From an uncultured Candidatus Binatia bacterium (GTDB lineage Bacteria > Desulfobacterota > Binatia > UBA9968 > JAJDTQ01): a DNA stretch of 64,000 nucleotides. The notes below the pieces were generated by a model. That model saw nothing but the letters and a program-made list of their open reading frames with translations. It had not been told where the DNA came from and searched no databases. This document shows positions 28,599 through 38,411 of this stretch, piece after piece (position 1 is the first letter of the stretch; each line of letters opens with the position of its first letter). The stretch lies in the NCBI GenBank assembly GCA_965242525.1, contig OZ251459.1, forward strand, positions 2,048,001 through 2,112,000. The letters are read 5' to 3'. The translations under genes were made by a program, and so were the position numbers.

Positions 28599-28726
28599 TC
28601 TTCGCCGTGTCCGGGTCATCGAAGGGGCTCTCGCCACGAAAGAAACACACGGAAACGCACACCGTGCGTTTCCTGAACACATCTGTGCGTTTAACGCGTG
28701 CGTTTCATCGGACAGCCGTGCGTTTC
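28599..28726. repeat. Degenerate duplicate of the AlbA gene 3' end followed by a GAAACGCAC/GTGCGTTT motif array
   Basis: 28599-28660 resembles 27685-27747; GTGCGTTT at 28664, 28685, 28698, 28718. Confidence 0.75.
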
Positions 28727-28800
28727 CATAGGGTTCAAGCGGCGAGGTTCCGAACGCTCTCCGACCGATATCCCGTTCGCCTGCTTGCAGACGGGTAAGG

Positions 28801-28908
28801 GGAACTCTGAACGGTTGCCCCCGTTCGTCCTGAGCGTAGCGAAGCGAAGTCGAAGGACGCGCTTTCCCACAGGGAGAGGAAGTTCAAGCCGGGATTGATC
28901 CGAGGCTC
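28801..28908. repeat. Family B element directly upstream of the methyltransferase
   Basis: GGAACTCTGAAC end and GTTCGTCCTGAGCGTAGCGAAGCGAAGTCGAAGGACG core. Confidence 0.7.
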
Positions 28909-28923
28909 ACAAGGATTCGATTT

Positions 28924-31900
28924 GTGATTCCCAGGGAGTGCAGGCGTCTGGCGGAGGTGGACTTCCCCATTGCCGAGGTTTCGCGGCACGCGGCGCGGGA
29001 GAAGTCCATCCGGCATGGGCACCCTTCCACGCTGCATCTCTGGTGGGCGCGACGGCCGCTGGCCTCCTCCCGGGCCATGCTGATGGCGCTGCTGCTGCCG
29101 GACCCGTGCGACCCGCATTGCCCGGAAGCCTTCAAGCGGGAGGCGCGGCGGATCCTCCTCGAGATGCACGGGCGGCCGGAAGGGTGGATCGAGGCCGTCG
29201 AATCGGATGAGGGCTTGCGGCGGGTCCTGCTCAAGTTCATCGCCGACTTCGCCAACTGGAGCCTCGCCGCAAACGGCGTCCGGCTCGAAACGGCCCGGGC
29301 GCTGGTGAAGGCGGCCCACGGCGCGGAGCCGCCCCTGGTGGTGGATCCGTTCGCGGGCGGCGGCTCGATTCCGCTGGAGGCATTGCGGGTGGGCTGTGAT
29401 GCGTTCGCCAGCGACCTGAACCCGGTGGCCTGCCTGATCCTCAAGGTGGTGCTGGAGGACATCCCCCGCCACGGCCCGGGGCTGGCCGACGAGTTGCGCA
29501 AGGTCGGCAGCAAGGTCAAGCAGGCTGCGGAACGGAAACTGGCCGACCTCTACCCTGCGGACCCGGACGGGAGCACGCCCATCGCCTACCTGTGGGCGCG
29601 CACGGTGCGGTGCGAAGCTCCGAACTGCGGGGCGGAGATCCCCTTGCTGCGGTCCCTGTGGTTGGCGAAGAAGGGGGTCTTCAAGAGGGAGGGCGGCAAG
29701 CGAATCAAGGTCCGGGGCCGTCAGGCGCTCCGGTATCGGGTGGTGCGGCCGGCCAAGGAGCCGCCGCGTGTCGAGTTGGAGGTGTTCGAGCCGGAAACCG
29801 ACAAGGATGTGCGCGGGGGCACGGTGACGCGGGCAAAAGCGACCTGCTTGTGTTGCAGCGCCGTGTTACCGCCGGAACGGGTGCGGGCGCAACTTTCCGA
29901 GCAACACGGCGGCGCGGACGTGATCTTCGATGGCAAAGGGAAGCGCATGGGCGGCGCGCGCATGACCGCTGTGGTGACGCTGAAGGAGGACGAGCCTGGC
30001 CGGCGCTATCGGCTGCCGACGGATGCCGATTACGCGGCGGTGCACGAGGCGCAGGCGCGGCTGGCGGGGATTCTCGACGAATGGGAGCGGGGCGGGAGGC
30101 AGGGGCTTTGTCCTGTGCCGGACGAGCCGACACCTGCCGGCGGGGGTTCGGGGGCCGGTCGTGCGTTCAGCTTGCATCGGTACGGGATGATGCAATGGAG
30201 CAATCTGTTCACGGCGCGCCAGAAGGTGGCGCTGGTGGAGCTATTATGCTCGATCTCGAAACAGTCGCCAGAGGTTGATGGATTAGTATTGTTGATAGGC
30301 AAAGTTCTTCGACATTGCAATGTCATTGCTAAATGGCATACAGGAAGCGAGACCGTTGCAGGCGCATTCGCAATGGGAACCGTCCCCATGTCCTGGGATT
30401 TTCCTGAAATGTACCCTTTTGTCTCCTACGCCGGGGGTATCGAGAATGCCATACGAGATGTTATCGATCCAATTGACCACTTAGGAATCTCACTTGATCG
30501 ATCTGGCGAAATTCAACTCGCCGACGCAATGGACCACCCACTGCCCGATCAAAGTGGCGGCATATGGTTTACCGATCCGCCCTACTACGATGCCATTCCC
30601 TACGCTGATTTGTCTGACTTCTTCTTCGTCTGGCTGAGACATATACTCCCGGACCGTTCGTTGTTTCGTGACCCATTCGATGCAGACAATCCGCTCTCTC
30701 CCAAAGAGCGTGAAGCAGTATGGGATGAGACCAAGCGATACAAAACGAGAGTCAAGGATCGGGACTTTTTTGAAGATGCAATGAGCTACGCTTTCGCTGA
30801 AGGCCACCGCGTACTACGCGAAGACGGCATCGGCTCTATTGTCTTCGCTCACAAGACTACGGAAGGTTGGGAAGCCTTGTTGTCTGGATTGATTCGCGGC
30901 GGTTGGACGATCACAGGATCATGGCCGATTGCTACCGAGCGAGGAGCGCGCCTTCGCGCCCGCGATTCCGCGGCGCTCGCCACCAGCGTCCACCTGGTCT
31001 GCCGTCCCCGGCCCGACGACGCGCCGGTGGGCGATTGGGCGGACGTGCTGCGCGAACTGCCGGTCCGCGTGGGCGAATGGATGGAACGGCTGCAAGGCGA
31101 GGGAGTGCGGGGCGCGGACCTGGTCTTCGCCTGCATCGGCCCGGCCTTGGAGATATACAGCCGCTACCGGCAGGTGGAGACCGCGGAGGGGCGTCAGGTG
31201 GGCCTGCCGGAGTACCTGGAACGGGTGTGGGAAGTGGTCGGGCGCACCGCGCTGGAAAACGTCCTCGGGGCCGCGGAGGCGAAGGCGCGCAACGGCATGG
31301 CCGGAGCGCTGGAAGAGGACACCCGCCTGACCGCCCTGTTCCTCTGGACCCTGCAAAGCACCGGAGCAGACGACGCCTCCGAAGACGATGACAACGTTGC
31401 GGAGGACGATGACCACGAGTCGGACGACGCGCCCCGCGACAAGCCCGGGGGCTACAGTCTCGTATTCGACGTGGCGCGCCGCTTGGCCCAGCCCCTGGGC
31501 ATCGAACTGTCCAAGTGGGAGGGGCGGATCATCGAGACGGACAAGGGCGTGGTGCGGCTGATAAACGCCACGGAACGAGGGAAACAGCTTTTCGGCGAAG
31601 ACGGCGCAGACACGGCCGCGGAATGGTTGGAGCGCGACCCGAAGGTTACCGTCCAGCAGGCGCTTTTCCCCGAAATGGAGTCTGCTCCCCGGAAGAAGCG
31701 CGCCCGAAGCCGCGGGGGGAAGGTCCTCGTTGCGGACGACGCGGAGATGCAGGCCCCGGACGCCACTACGCTGGACCGGGTCCACGCGGCCATGCTCTTG
31801 CAGGCGTCGGGCCGCAGCCAGGCCCTGCGCAACCTGCTGAAGGCGGAACACGAGCGCGGCCCCGACTTCCTGCGCCTTGCCAACGCCCTGTCCGCTCTGT

Positions 31901-31962
31901 ACCCTTCCGTGAGCGAAGAAAAGCGCCTGCTGGACGCCATGCTGCTGGCAGCGCCGCGGTAG
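28924..31962 (+). CDS. DUF1156 amino-DNA methyltransferase with Zn-ribbon (COG1743-like)
   Basis: LHLWWARRPL, DPFAGGGSIPLE, DLNPVA, CEAPNC/CLCC, TDPPYYD, SWPI.TE. Confidence 0.92.
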   Translation: MIPRECRRLAEVDFPIAEVSRHAAREKSIRHGHPSTLHLWWARRPLASSRAMLMALLLPDPCDPHCPEAFKREARRILLEMHGRPEGWIEAVESDEGLRRVLLKFIADFANWSLAANGVRLETARALVKAAHGAEPPLVVDPFAGGGSIPLEALRVGCDAFASDLNPVACLILKVVLEDIPRHGPGLADELRKVGSKVKQAAERKLADLYPADPDGSTPIAYLWARTVRCEAPNCGAEIPLLRSLWLAKKGVFKREGGKRIKVRGRQALRYRVVRPAKEPPRVELEVFEPETDKDVRGGTVTRAKATCLCCSAVLPPERVRAQLSEQHGGADVIFDGKGKRMGGARMTAVVTLKEDEPGRRYRLPTDADYAAVHEAQARLAGILDEWERGGRQGLCPVPDEPTPAGGGSGAGRAFSLHRYGMMQWSNLFTARQKVALVELLCSISKQSPEVDGLVLLIGKVLRHCNVIAKWHTGSETVAGAFAMGTVPMSWDFPEMYPFVSYAGGIENAIRDVIDPIDHLGISLDRSGEIQLADAMDHPLPDQSGGIWFTDPPYYDAIPYADLSDFFFVWLRHILPDRSLFRDPFDADNPLSPKEREAVWDETKRYKTRVKDRDFFEDAMSYAFAEGHRVLREDGIGSIVFAHKTTEGWEALLSGLIRGGWTITGSWPIATERGARLRARDSAALATSVHLVCRPRPDDAPVGDWADVLRELPVRVGEWMERLQGEGVRGADLVFACIGPALEIYSRYRQVETAEGRQVGLPEYLERVWEVVGRTALENVLGAAEAKARNGMAGALEEDTRLTALFLWTLQSTGADDASEDDDNVAEDDDHESDDAPRDKPGGYSLVFDVARRLAQPLGIELSKWEGRIIETDKGVVRLINATERGKQLFGEDGADTAAEWLERDPKVTVQQALFPEMESAPRKKRARSRGGKVLVADDAEMQAPDATTLDRVHAAMLLQASGRSQALRNLLKAEHERGPDFLRLANALSALYPSVSEEKRLLDAMLLAAPR

Positions 31963-31980
31963 GCAAGAGGAACAGTCGCC

Positions 31981-33276
31981 GTGGCAAAGATCGAAGGAAT
32001 CTGGATCAGGAATTACCGGGTGTTGAGGCACATCGTACTCGGAAGACTAGCGTCTATGCGGCAAGCTCAACCCTTGACCCCGATAACCGCGGTGATTGGC
32101 AAAAACGGGGTTGGCAAGAGTTCTCTATTCGATGCGTTCGGGTTTCTTTCAGACTGCCTGAAATTGGGCGTCGAAGATGCATGCGACGCCCGAGGACGGG
32201 GAGGATTCGAGCGTGTCCATTCCCAGGGAAGCGACGGCCCGATTATCTTCGAGGTCTGTTATAGGGAAAATCCCCACAGCCAGCCCATTACATACGATCT
32301 GCTGATCAAGAAAGACGATTCTGGCAGACCCTACGTAGAGCGTGAAATCCTTCACCAGCGCGATGAAGCACAGGGAAGCGGCAGACCTTTTTTCATCTTC
32401 ACAATGCATCAGGGTCAAGGATACGCCTGGAAAGGGTATGCCCAAGGGCAACAAATTGAAGAGAACGATCCCATTCTATCGGATCTGATGGCATTGCCTG
32501 ACCAGAGCAAGGATCAATCGACCGGCGAGAACGGCACAGAAAGGGAAGACTTCGAACTCCATGACAACCGCAAACTCGGCATCGCAACCCTCGGCGCGTT
32601 GAGGGATCACCCTCGGATCGCGGCGTTTCGCCAGTTCCTCGAAGACTGGTATCTGAGCTACTTCACGCCGGACGCGGCCCGCGGTCTGCCCTTGGCCGGT
32701 CCCCAGAGGCGCTTGAACGTCCACGGCGACAACCTCGGCAACGTCGTCCAGTTCATGCAGCGTGAACACCCCGACCGATTCAAGACCATCCTGGAGCGGA
32801 TTGCCAAGCAGGTTCCGGGCATCGACCGCATCGACACGCAACAAAGCCCGGACGGGCGGTTGCTGCTGCGCTTCAACGACAAGGGCTTCACCGACCCGTT
32901 CTACGCGCAACAGATGTCCGACGGGACCTTGAAGGTCTTTGCTTACCTGTTGATGCTGCACGATCCGTCGCCGCCGCCGTTCATCTGCATCGAGGAACCG
33001 GAGAACGGCCTGTACCACAAGCTGCTGGAAGTCCTAGCCGCGGAGTTTCGCAGCCGCGCCACCGGCGAACAGAACACGCCGCAGATCTTCGTGACCACCC
33101 ACCAGCCCTATCTCATCGACGCGCTCACGCCCGAGGAAACCTGGATCCTGGAAAAGGGAGAGGACGGCTTTGCGGCCATCAGCAGGGCCAGCGACGACCC
33201 GACGGTCAGGGCCATGGTGGAGGAGGGGTTGCCGCTCGGCAGTCTGTGGTACAGCGACTACCTGGACCCGAGGTAG
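31981..33276 (+). CDS. ABC-type (AAA_21) ATPase
   Basis: GKNGVGKS, MSDGT, IEEPENGL, TTHQP, LGSLWYS. Confidence 0.88.
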   Translation: MAKIEGIWIRNYRVLRHIVLGRLASMRQAQPLTPITAVIGKNGVGKSSLFDAFGFLSDCLKLGVEDACDARGRGGFERVHSQGSDGPIIFEVCYRENPHSQPITYDLLIKKDDSGRPYVEREILHQRDEAQGSGRPFFIFTMHQGQGYAWKGYAQGQQIEENDPILSDLMALPDQSKDQSTGENGTEREDFELHDNRKLGIATLGALRDHPRIAAFRQFLEDWYLSYFTPDAARGLPLAGPQRRLNVHGDNLGNVVQFMQREHPDRFKTILERIAKQVPGIDRIDTQQSPDGRLLLRFNDKGFTDPFYAQQMSDGTLKVFAYLLMLHDPSPPPFICIEEPENGLYHKLLEVLAAEFRSRATGEQNTPQIFVTTHQPYLIDALTPEETWILEKGEDGFAAISRASDDPTVRAMVEEGLPLGSLWYSDYLDPR

Positions 33277-33280
33277 GCCG

Positions 33281-33934
33281 GTGCATTTCGAGGTGCTGGC
33301 GGAAGACAGGTCGGAGAGCATCGCGCTCGAACACGTCCTGGAGAAGATCCTTGGCCCGAACAACGCCGCCCATTCCTGGAGGGTCCATCCCTACAGGGGT
33401 ATCGGGCGCATTCCGAAGGACTTGCGGAGCGGAAAGGACCCGAAGAAACGGCTTCTCCTGAATCGACTGCCAGGAATCCTGCAAGGATATGGGCGCAGCC
33501 TCGGCGACATGGGCCCTGCCGCGGTCATTGTCGTCGTCGATTCGGACGCCAGGGATTGCAGGGCGTTCAAGCGGGAACTGCTCCACGTGCTGGACGCCTG
33601 CAACCCTCGCCCAAGGACGCTGTTCAGGATCGCCGTCGAGGAAAGCGAGGCGTGGCTGTTGGGAGACCGTGACGCAGTGAAGGCCGCCTATCCCGGCGCA
33701 AGGGATTCCGTTCTGGACGGGTACGTGCAGGACAGCATATGCGGCACCTGGGAACTGCTTGCGGACGCCATCCATCCCGGCGGGTCGCCGGCCCTTGGGA
33801 AGTGGCCCGCGTCCGGGCAGGCGAAATGCGAATGGGCCGAAAGGATCGCCCCTCGGATGGACGTGGACCGCAACCGGTCGAGGAGCTTCCGGGTCTTTCG
33901 AGACGGGGTTAGGAAACTTGCGGGAATCTGCTAG
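33281..33934 (+). CDS. DUF4276-like TOPRIM-fold partner (intact)
   Basis: FEVLAED, VVDSDARDC, EESEAWLLGD, NRSRSF. Confidence 0.75.
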   Translation: MHFEVLAEDRSESIALEHVLEKILGPNNAAHSWRVHPYRGIGRIPKDLRSGKDPKKRLLLNRLPGILQGYGRSLGDMGPAAVIVVVDSDARDCRAFKRELLHVLDACNPRPRTLFRIAVEESEAWLLGDRDAVKAAYPGARDSVLDGYVQDSICGTWELLADAIHPGGSPALGKWPASGQAKCEWAERIAPRMDVDRNRSRSFRVFRDGVRKLAGIC

Positions 33935-33984
33935 AAACACCGGACGCCCCCCGGCGGTGCTAAGGCAAAGCAAGGGTTAGTCCC

Positions 33985-35328
33985 ATGGACCGGATCACAC
34001 TGAAGAACTTCCGCTGCTTCCGCGAGGAGCAGACCGCCCGCCTTGCGCCCCTGACCCTGCTCGTGGGCGAGAACAGCACCGGCAAGACCTCCTTCCTGGC
34101 CCTGATCCGCGCACTGTGGGACGTGGCCTACCGGTCTCGCGTTCCCGACTTCAAGGAAGACCCCTATGATCTCGGCAGCTTCGACGAGATCGCCCATCAC
34201 CGGGGAGCACGGGGAAGCAGAGCAGAGACCTTTGAGGGCGGGTTTGATGTTACCCTGGAGAAAGGACGAAGTGAACTGACAAACCGCTATCGGTTCGAGG
34301 CAACCTTTGGGAAAGAGGGCGTCGTTCCCGTTCCCGTGAGGAGGTTTCTTTCCGATATGGATAAGACTGGTTGGGTCGAATATGGCTCTCAAGAAGATCC
34401 AATCCGTTTCGGCACCACCAGGGGCGCTTGGGCGTGGAAAGATCTGGATGGTTTCAACCGTCAATTGAAAAAGGATGACCGCGTACTTCCGTTCTACCAC
34501 CTTGTTATGAGCAGATACCGACGAAGAACACCCCTTGATCTGACGACGCTGGACGGCCCAAAACAACCAAGCAGCAATGATTGGAAAGTGATCGACCTGA
34601 TTTGCGATGCTATGGCCTCCTTCATCAACTTCCCGGAGCGGCTGTATGCTGGCGCTCCGGTCCGCTCCAAGCCGCGCCGAACATATGACCCTTCACGTAC
34701 CACACGAGACCCTGAAGGCGATTACGTCCCGATGTATCTTGCCCATGTACACTTTCAGGACAAGGAAAAATGGAACAGACTCAAAATTGCCCTCGAAAAC
34801 TTTGGGAAGGCATCCGGCCTCTTCAACGAAATATCGGTGAAGCCTTTGGGCCACAAGGAAAGCGGACCCTTTCAGATACAGGTCAGGGGGTTCGGGAAAG
34901 CGAGGCGAAAAGGACCGCAACGGAACCTGATCGACGTGGGCTATGGCGTCAGCCAAGTACTGTCGGTTATCATCGAACCCCTACGTAGCGACGCCCCGCA
35001 AAGGTTTCTGCTGCAACAGCCCGAAGCGCACCTCCACCCCAGCGCCCAAGCTGCTCTCGGAAGCCTGTTCTGCCAAATCGCCGGACCGGAACGTCAACTG
35101 GTGGTCGAAACGCACAGCGACCACCTGATCGACCGTGTACGCATGGACGTGCGCGACGGCAAGACAAAACTGAAACCCGAAGATGTTTCCATTCTGTACT
35201 TCGAGCGGAACGATTTGGATGTACACATCCATTCCTTGCGTTTCGATGAAGACGGGAATGTCCTGGACGCTCCCGATGGCTATCGTCAATTCTTTCTGGA
35301 AGAAACGCGAAAATCCCTGGGGCTGTAG
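33985..35328 (+). CDS. ABC-type ATPase with DUF3696-like C-terminus
   Basis: NFRCF, GENSTGKT, DVGYGVSQVL, QQPEAHLHP, ETHSDHL, FDEDG..P.G..FF. Confidence 0.85.
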   Translation: MDRITLKNFRCFREEQTARLAPLTLLVGENSTGKTSFLALIRALWDVAYRSRVPDFKEDPYDLGSFDEIAHHRGARGSRAETFEGGFDVTLEKGRSELTNRYRFEATFGKEGVVPVPVRRFLSDMDKTGWVEYGSQEDPIRFGTTRGAWAWKDLDGFNRQLKKDDRVLPFYHLVMSRYRRRTPLDLTTLDGPKQPSSNDWKVIDLICDAMASFINFPERLYAGAPVRSKPRRTYDPSRTTRDPEGDYVPMYLAHVHFQDKEKWNRLKIALENFGKASGLFNEISVKPLGHKESGPFQIQVRGFGKARRKGPQRNLIDVGYGVSQVLSVIIEPLRSDAPQRFLLQQPEAHLHPSAQAALGSLFCQIAGPERQLVVETHSDHLIDRVRMDVRDGKTKLKPEDVSILYFERNDLDVHIHSLRFDEDGNVLDAPDGYRQFFLEETRKSLGL

Positions 35329-35331
35329 AAG

Positions 35332-35383
35332 ATGTGTGCAATCTTCCGTCGCAGTCATCGGGACATGCTGAGAAGGAACCCCC
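35332..35383 (+). pseudogene. Possible collapsed partner gene (MCAI|FRRSHRDMLRRN)
   Basis: ATG 3 nt after the ATPase stop; resembles, from recall only, the joined N- and C-termini of small PIN-like partners of such ATPases. Confidence 0.35.
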
Positions 35384-36505
35384 ATGCCAAACTTGATCGA
35401 ATCCATACACATCAGAGGCTTCCGCTCCCTTGCGGACGTGGAAATCAACGAACTGCCCCGGGCCGCGGTGCTGATAGGAGGCAACGGCTCCGGCAAGTCC
35501 AACGTCATTCGCTTCTTCGAGATGCTGAGCTGGATGCTGCGGTCTCGCCACCTGGGTGACTTCATAGAGCGGCACGGAGGCGCTGACAACCAGTTGTTCG
35601 GCGGGAGCAGGGTCACCGCCCGCATGGAGGCCACACTGACCATGCGCACCCCGGTGGGTCGAAACGACTATCGGTTCGCGCTCGCTCACGTCCACCCGGA
35701 CCGTTTCATCTTTGCGGACGAGGCGTTCCGCTTCAGCCGGGACGATCATCCCGACGAAGCCGAGTGGCAACACCTTGGGGGCAGCCATTCGGAAGCGAAG
35801 ATCGTCGAGGCCGCGCAATCGCCCCAGTTCGGGGGCAATCGGACCACGGCGCGGGTCCTCCTCCATCTCCTGCGCAACTGCGCAGTCTATCAGTTCCAGG
35901 ACACCTCCGACCGATCCGGTTTCAATATCCGATGGGACGCAGAGGACAATAACTACCTCCGTTCGGACGGGAGCAACCTGGCCGCGGTGCTGCTCCGCCT
36001 GGAACGCGAAGACCCTCAACGCTTCGAGACGATCTGCCGCCACGTCGAACGGGTGCTGCCGGTCTTCGACCGTTTCCGGATCGAAGACCGCTATGGAAAA
36101 GCCCTGCTCGGATGGAAGGCCAAGGGGATGGACAAGACCTTTGGCGCGCACCTGACCTCCGACGGCTCGCTGCGTCTCTTCGCCCTGGTGACGCTGCTGA
36201 ACCTCCCGCCCGATATGCTGCCCGACGTCATCCTGCTGGACCAGCCGGAGTTGGGGCTGCATTCCGCGGCAATCACCCTGCTGGGCAGCATGATCCGGTC
36301 GCTCTCCACGGACAGGCAGATCATCGTGGCAACCCAATCCCCCCTGCTCGTGGACGGGTTCGATCTCGACCAGATCCTGGTGCTGGACCTGCACGAGGGC
36401 CGGACGGAGGTCCGCCGGCTCGACGAAAACGACTACCGCCACTGGCTGGAAGAATACACGACAGGCGAACTGTGGCAGAAGAAGCTGCCTGGGGGGCGCC
36501 CGTGA
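35384..36505 (+). CDS. ABC-type (AAA_21) ATPase, paralog A, Walker B DQP
   Basis: GGNGSGKS, SDGS, LLDQPELGLHS, ATQSP. Confidence 0.88.
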   Translation: MPNLIESIHIRGFRSLADVEINELPRAAVLIGGNGSGKSNVIRFFEMLSWMLRSRHLGDFIERHGGADNQLFGGSRVTARMEATLTMRTPVGRNDYRFALAHVHPDRFIFADEAFRFSRDDHPDEAEWQHLGGSHSEAKIVEAAQSPQFGGNRTTARVLLHLLRNCAVYQFQDTSDRSGFNIRWDAEDNNYLRSDGSNLAAVLLRLEREDPQRFETICRHVERVLPVFDRFRIEDRYGKALLGWKAKGMDKTFGAHLTSDGSLRLFALVTLLNLPPDMLPDVILLDQPELGLHSAAITLLGSMIRSLSTDRQIIVATQSPLLVDGFDLDQILVLDLHEGRTEVRRLDENDYRHWLEEYTTGELWQKKLPGGRP

Positions 36506-36623
36506 TCCATCTCGATACCGAAAGCCTCTTGACGGTCCTCTGGCAGCAACGCAGGTTGGCTTGGCCGCGATCCGCGCGCAATACCCGCGCTTCAACGATT
36601 GGGTGAGGCGCCTGGAATTGTAG
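36502..36623 (+). pseudogene. DUF4276 partner reduced to its first codons and 3' end
   Basis: GTGATCC start as at 37773, joined directly to sequence matching about 38296-38400 (CCTCTTGACGG...TTCAACGATTGGGTGA.GCGCCTGGA). Confidence 0.88.
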
Positions 36624-36654
36624 TTTACAAGCGCCTGCTTAGCAGGAAAAATCT

Positions 36655-37776
36655 ATGCCGAACCTGATTGACTCCATCCACGTCAAAGGCTTCCGCTCCC
36701 TGGCGGACGTGGAAATCAATGAACTGCCCGGGGCCGCGGTGCTGATAGGATGCAACGGCTCTGGCAAGTCCAACGTCATTCGCTTCTTCGAGATGCTGAG
36801 CTGGATGCTGCGGTCTCACCGTCTGGGTGATTTCATGGTACGGCAGGGCGGTGCTGACGACCAGTTATTCGGTGGGAGCAAGGTCACTTCCCGTATAGAC
36901 GCCACACTGACCATACGTACCGAGGTAGGTCAAAACGATTATCAATTTGCACTCGATCACGTCCCCCCAGACCGCTTCGTCTTTGCGAAAGAGGCATTCC
37001 GCTTCAGTCGAGAGAATCATCCTCCCGAACCCGACTGGCAGCACCTTGGAAGCGGCCATTCGGAAGCGAAGATCGTCGAGGCAGCACAATCGTCCCAATT
37101 CGAGGGCAATCAGACGACAGCACGGGTCATCCTCCATTTACTACGCGGTTGCGCGGTCCATCAGTTTCACGACACCTCTGACCGATCGAATTTTAAGCTC
37201 AGCGGGGACGTGGATGAAAATAACTACCTCCGTTCGAACGGGAGTAATCTGCCCGCGATACTGCTCCGCTTGGAACGCGAAGACTTCCGACGTTTCGAGA
37301 TGATCTGCCGCCACATCAGCCGGGTACTGCCGGTCTTCGACCGCTTCCAGATCGAAGAGAGCTATGGAAAAGTTCTGCTCAGATGGAAAGCCAAGGGGAT
37401 GGATAAGACCATTGGGGCGCACTTGACCTCCGACGGCTCCCTGCGTTTCTTCGCCCTGGTGACGCTGCTGAACCTCCCACCGGAGATGCTGCCCGACGTC
37501 ATCCTGCTGGACGAGCCGGAGTTGGGGCTGCATCCCGCGGCGATCACCCTGCTGGGCGCCATGATCCGGTCGCTCTCCACGGACAGACAGATCATCGTAG
37601 CAACCCAATCCCCCTTGCTCGTGGACGGGTTCGATCTCGACCAGATTCTGGTGCTGGACCTGCAGGAGGGCCGGACGGAGATCCGCCGGCTCGACGAAAA
37701 CGACTACCGCCACTGGCTGGAGGAATACACGACGGGCGAACTGTGGCAGAAAAACCTGCTTGGAGGGAATCCGTGA
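36655..37776 (+). CDS. ABC-type (AAA_21) ATPase, paralog B
   Basis: Collinear 373-aa twin of 35384-36505; LLDEPELGLHP intact. Confidence 0.9.
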   Translation: MPNLIDSIHVKGFRSLADVEINELPGAAVLIGCNGSGKSNVIRFFEMLSWMLRSHRLGDFMVRQGGADDQLFGGSKVTSRIDATLTIRTEVGQNDYQFALDHVPPDRFVFAKEAFRFSRENHPPEPDWQHLGSGHSEAKIVEAAQSSQFEGNQTTARVILHLLRGCAVHQFHDTSDRSNFKLSGDVDENNYLRSNGSNLPAILLRLEREDFRRFEMICRHISRVLPVFDRFQIEESYGKVLLRWKAKGMDKTIGAHLTSDGSLRFFALVTLLNLPPEMLPDVILLDEPELGLHPAAITLLGAMIRSLSTDRQIIVATQSPLLVDGFDLDQILVLDLQEGRTEIRRLDENDYRHWLEEYTTGELWQKNLLGGNP

Positions 37777-38411
37777 TCCGTCTCGCCCTTTCGGTAGAAG
37801 GTCTAACTGAGGAGGAGTTCGTCAAGTCCGTCCTTGCCGACCACCTGTGGACAGCGAAGGTTTATGCAATTCCGGTCAAGCTTGGCCGTGCTCGCGGTAG
37901 CGGTCCTGACGGCGGCAACGTCAGCGTTAAACGACTCGTCTCGGACATGAGCCTCCTGTACTGGTCCTTTGATTTCGTGACCTCACTCGTCGATTTCTAC
38001 GGATTTCGCGACAAGGGAAAAATGACGGTAGAGGAATTGGAGGAACGTCTCACCCGGGAAATCCAAGCTCAAATCCCTCGCGGTTGGGACCAGAGAAGGG
38101 TAATTGCCTATGTTCAGAGACATGAGTTCGAGGGTCTGCTGTTCTCGGACGTCACGGCGTTCGGAACCTCGATAGACGCATCGAACCAAAGCATAACGCA
38201 ACTTCAAGAGACTCGTTCAGCATTTCCGACGCCGGAAGACATCAACGACAACAAAGAAACGGCGCCGAGCAAGCGTATCGCGAAAGCCATATCGACATAC
38301 CAAAAACCTCTTGACGGCCCCCTGGTGGCAATGCAGATTGGCTTGGATAAGATCCGCGCACAATGTCCGCGGTTCAACGATTGGGTGACGCGCCTGGAGA
38401 CCCTGGCGTGA
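37773..38411 (+). CDS. DUF4276 TOPRIM-fold protein (intact)
   Basis: VEGLTEEEFV, LVDFYG, HEFEGLLFSD, PEDIND, APSKR, CPRFNDW; GTGA-coupled to the ATPase. Confidence 0.88.
   Translation: MIRLALSVEGLTEEEFVKSVLADHLWTAKVYAIPVKLGRARGSGPDGGNVSVKRLVSDMSLLYWSFDFVTSLVDFYGFRDKGKMTVEELEERLTREIQAQIPRGWDQRRVIAYVQRHEFEGLLFSDVTAFGTSIDASNQSITQLQETRSAFPTPEDINDNKETAPSKRIAKAISTYQKPLDGPLVAMQIGLDKIRAQCPRFNDWVTRLETLA

Noticed and set aside
35010-35040. LLQQPE as an inactivated Walker B
   Set aside because: QPE variants are usual in DUF3696-type ATPases, so this was not counted as damage
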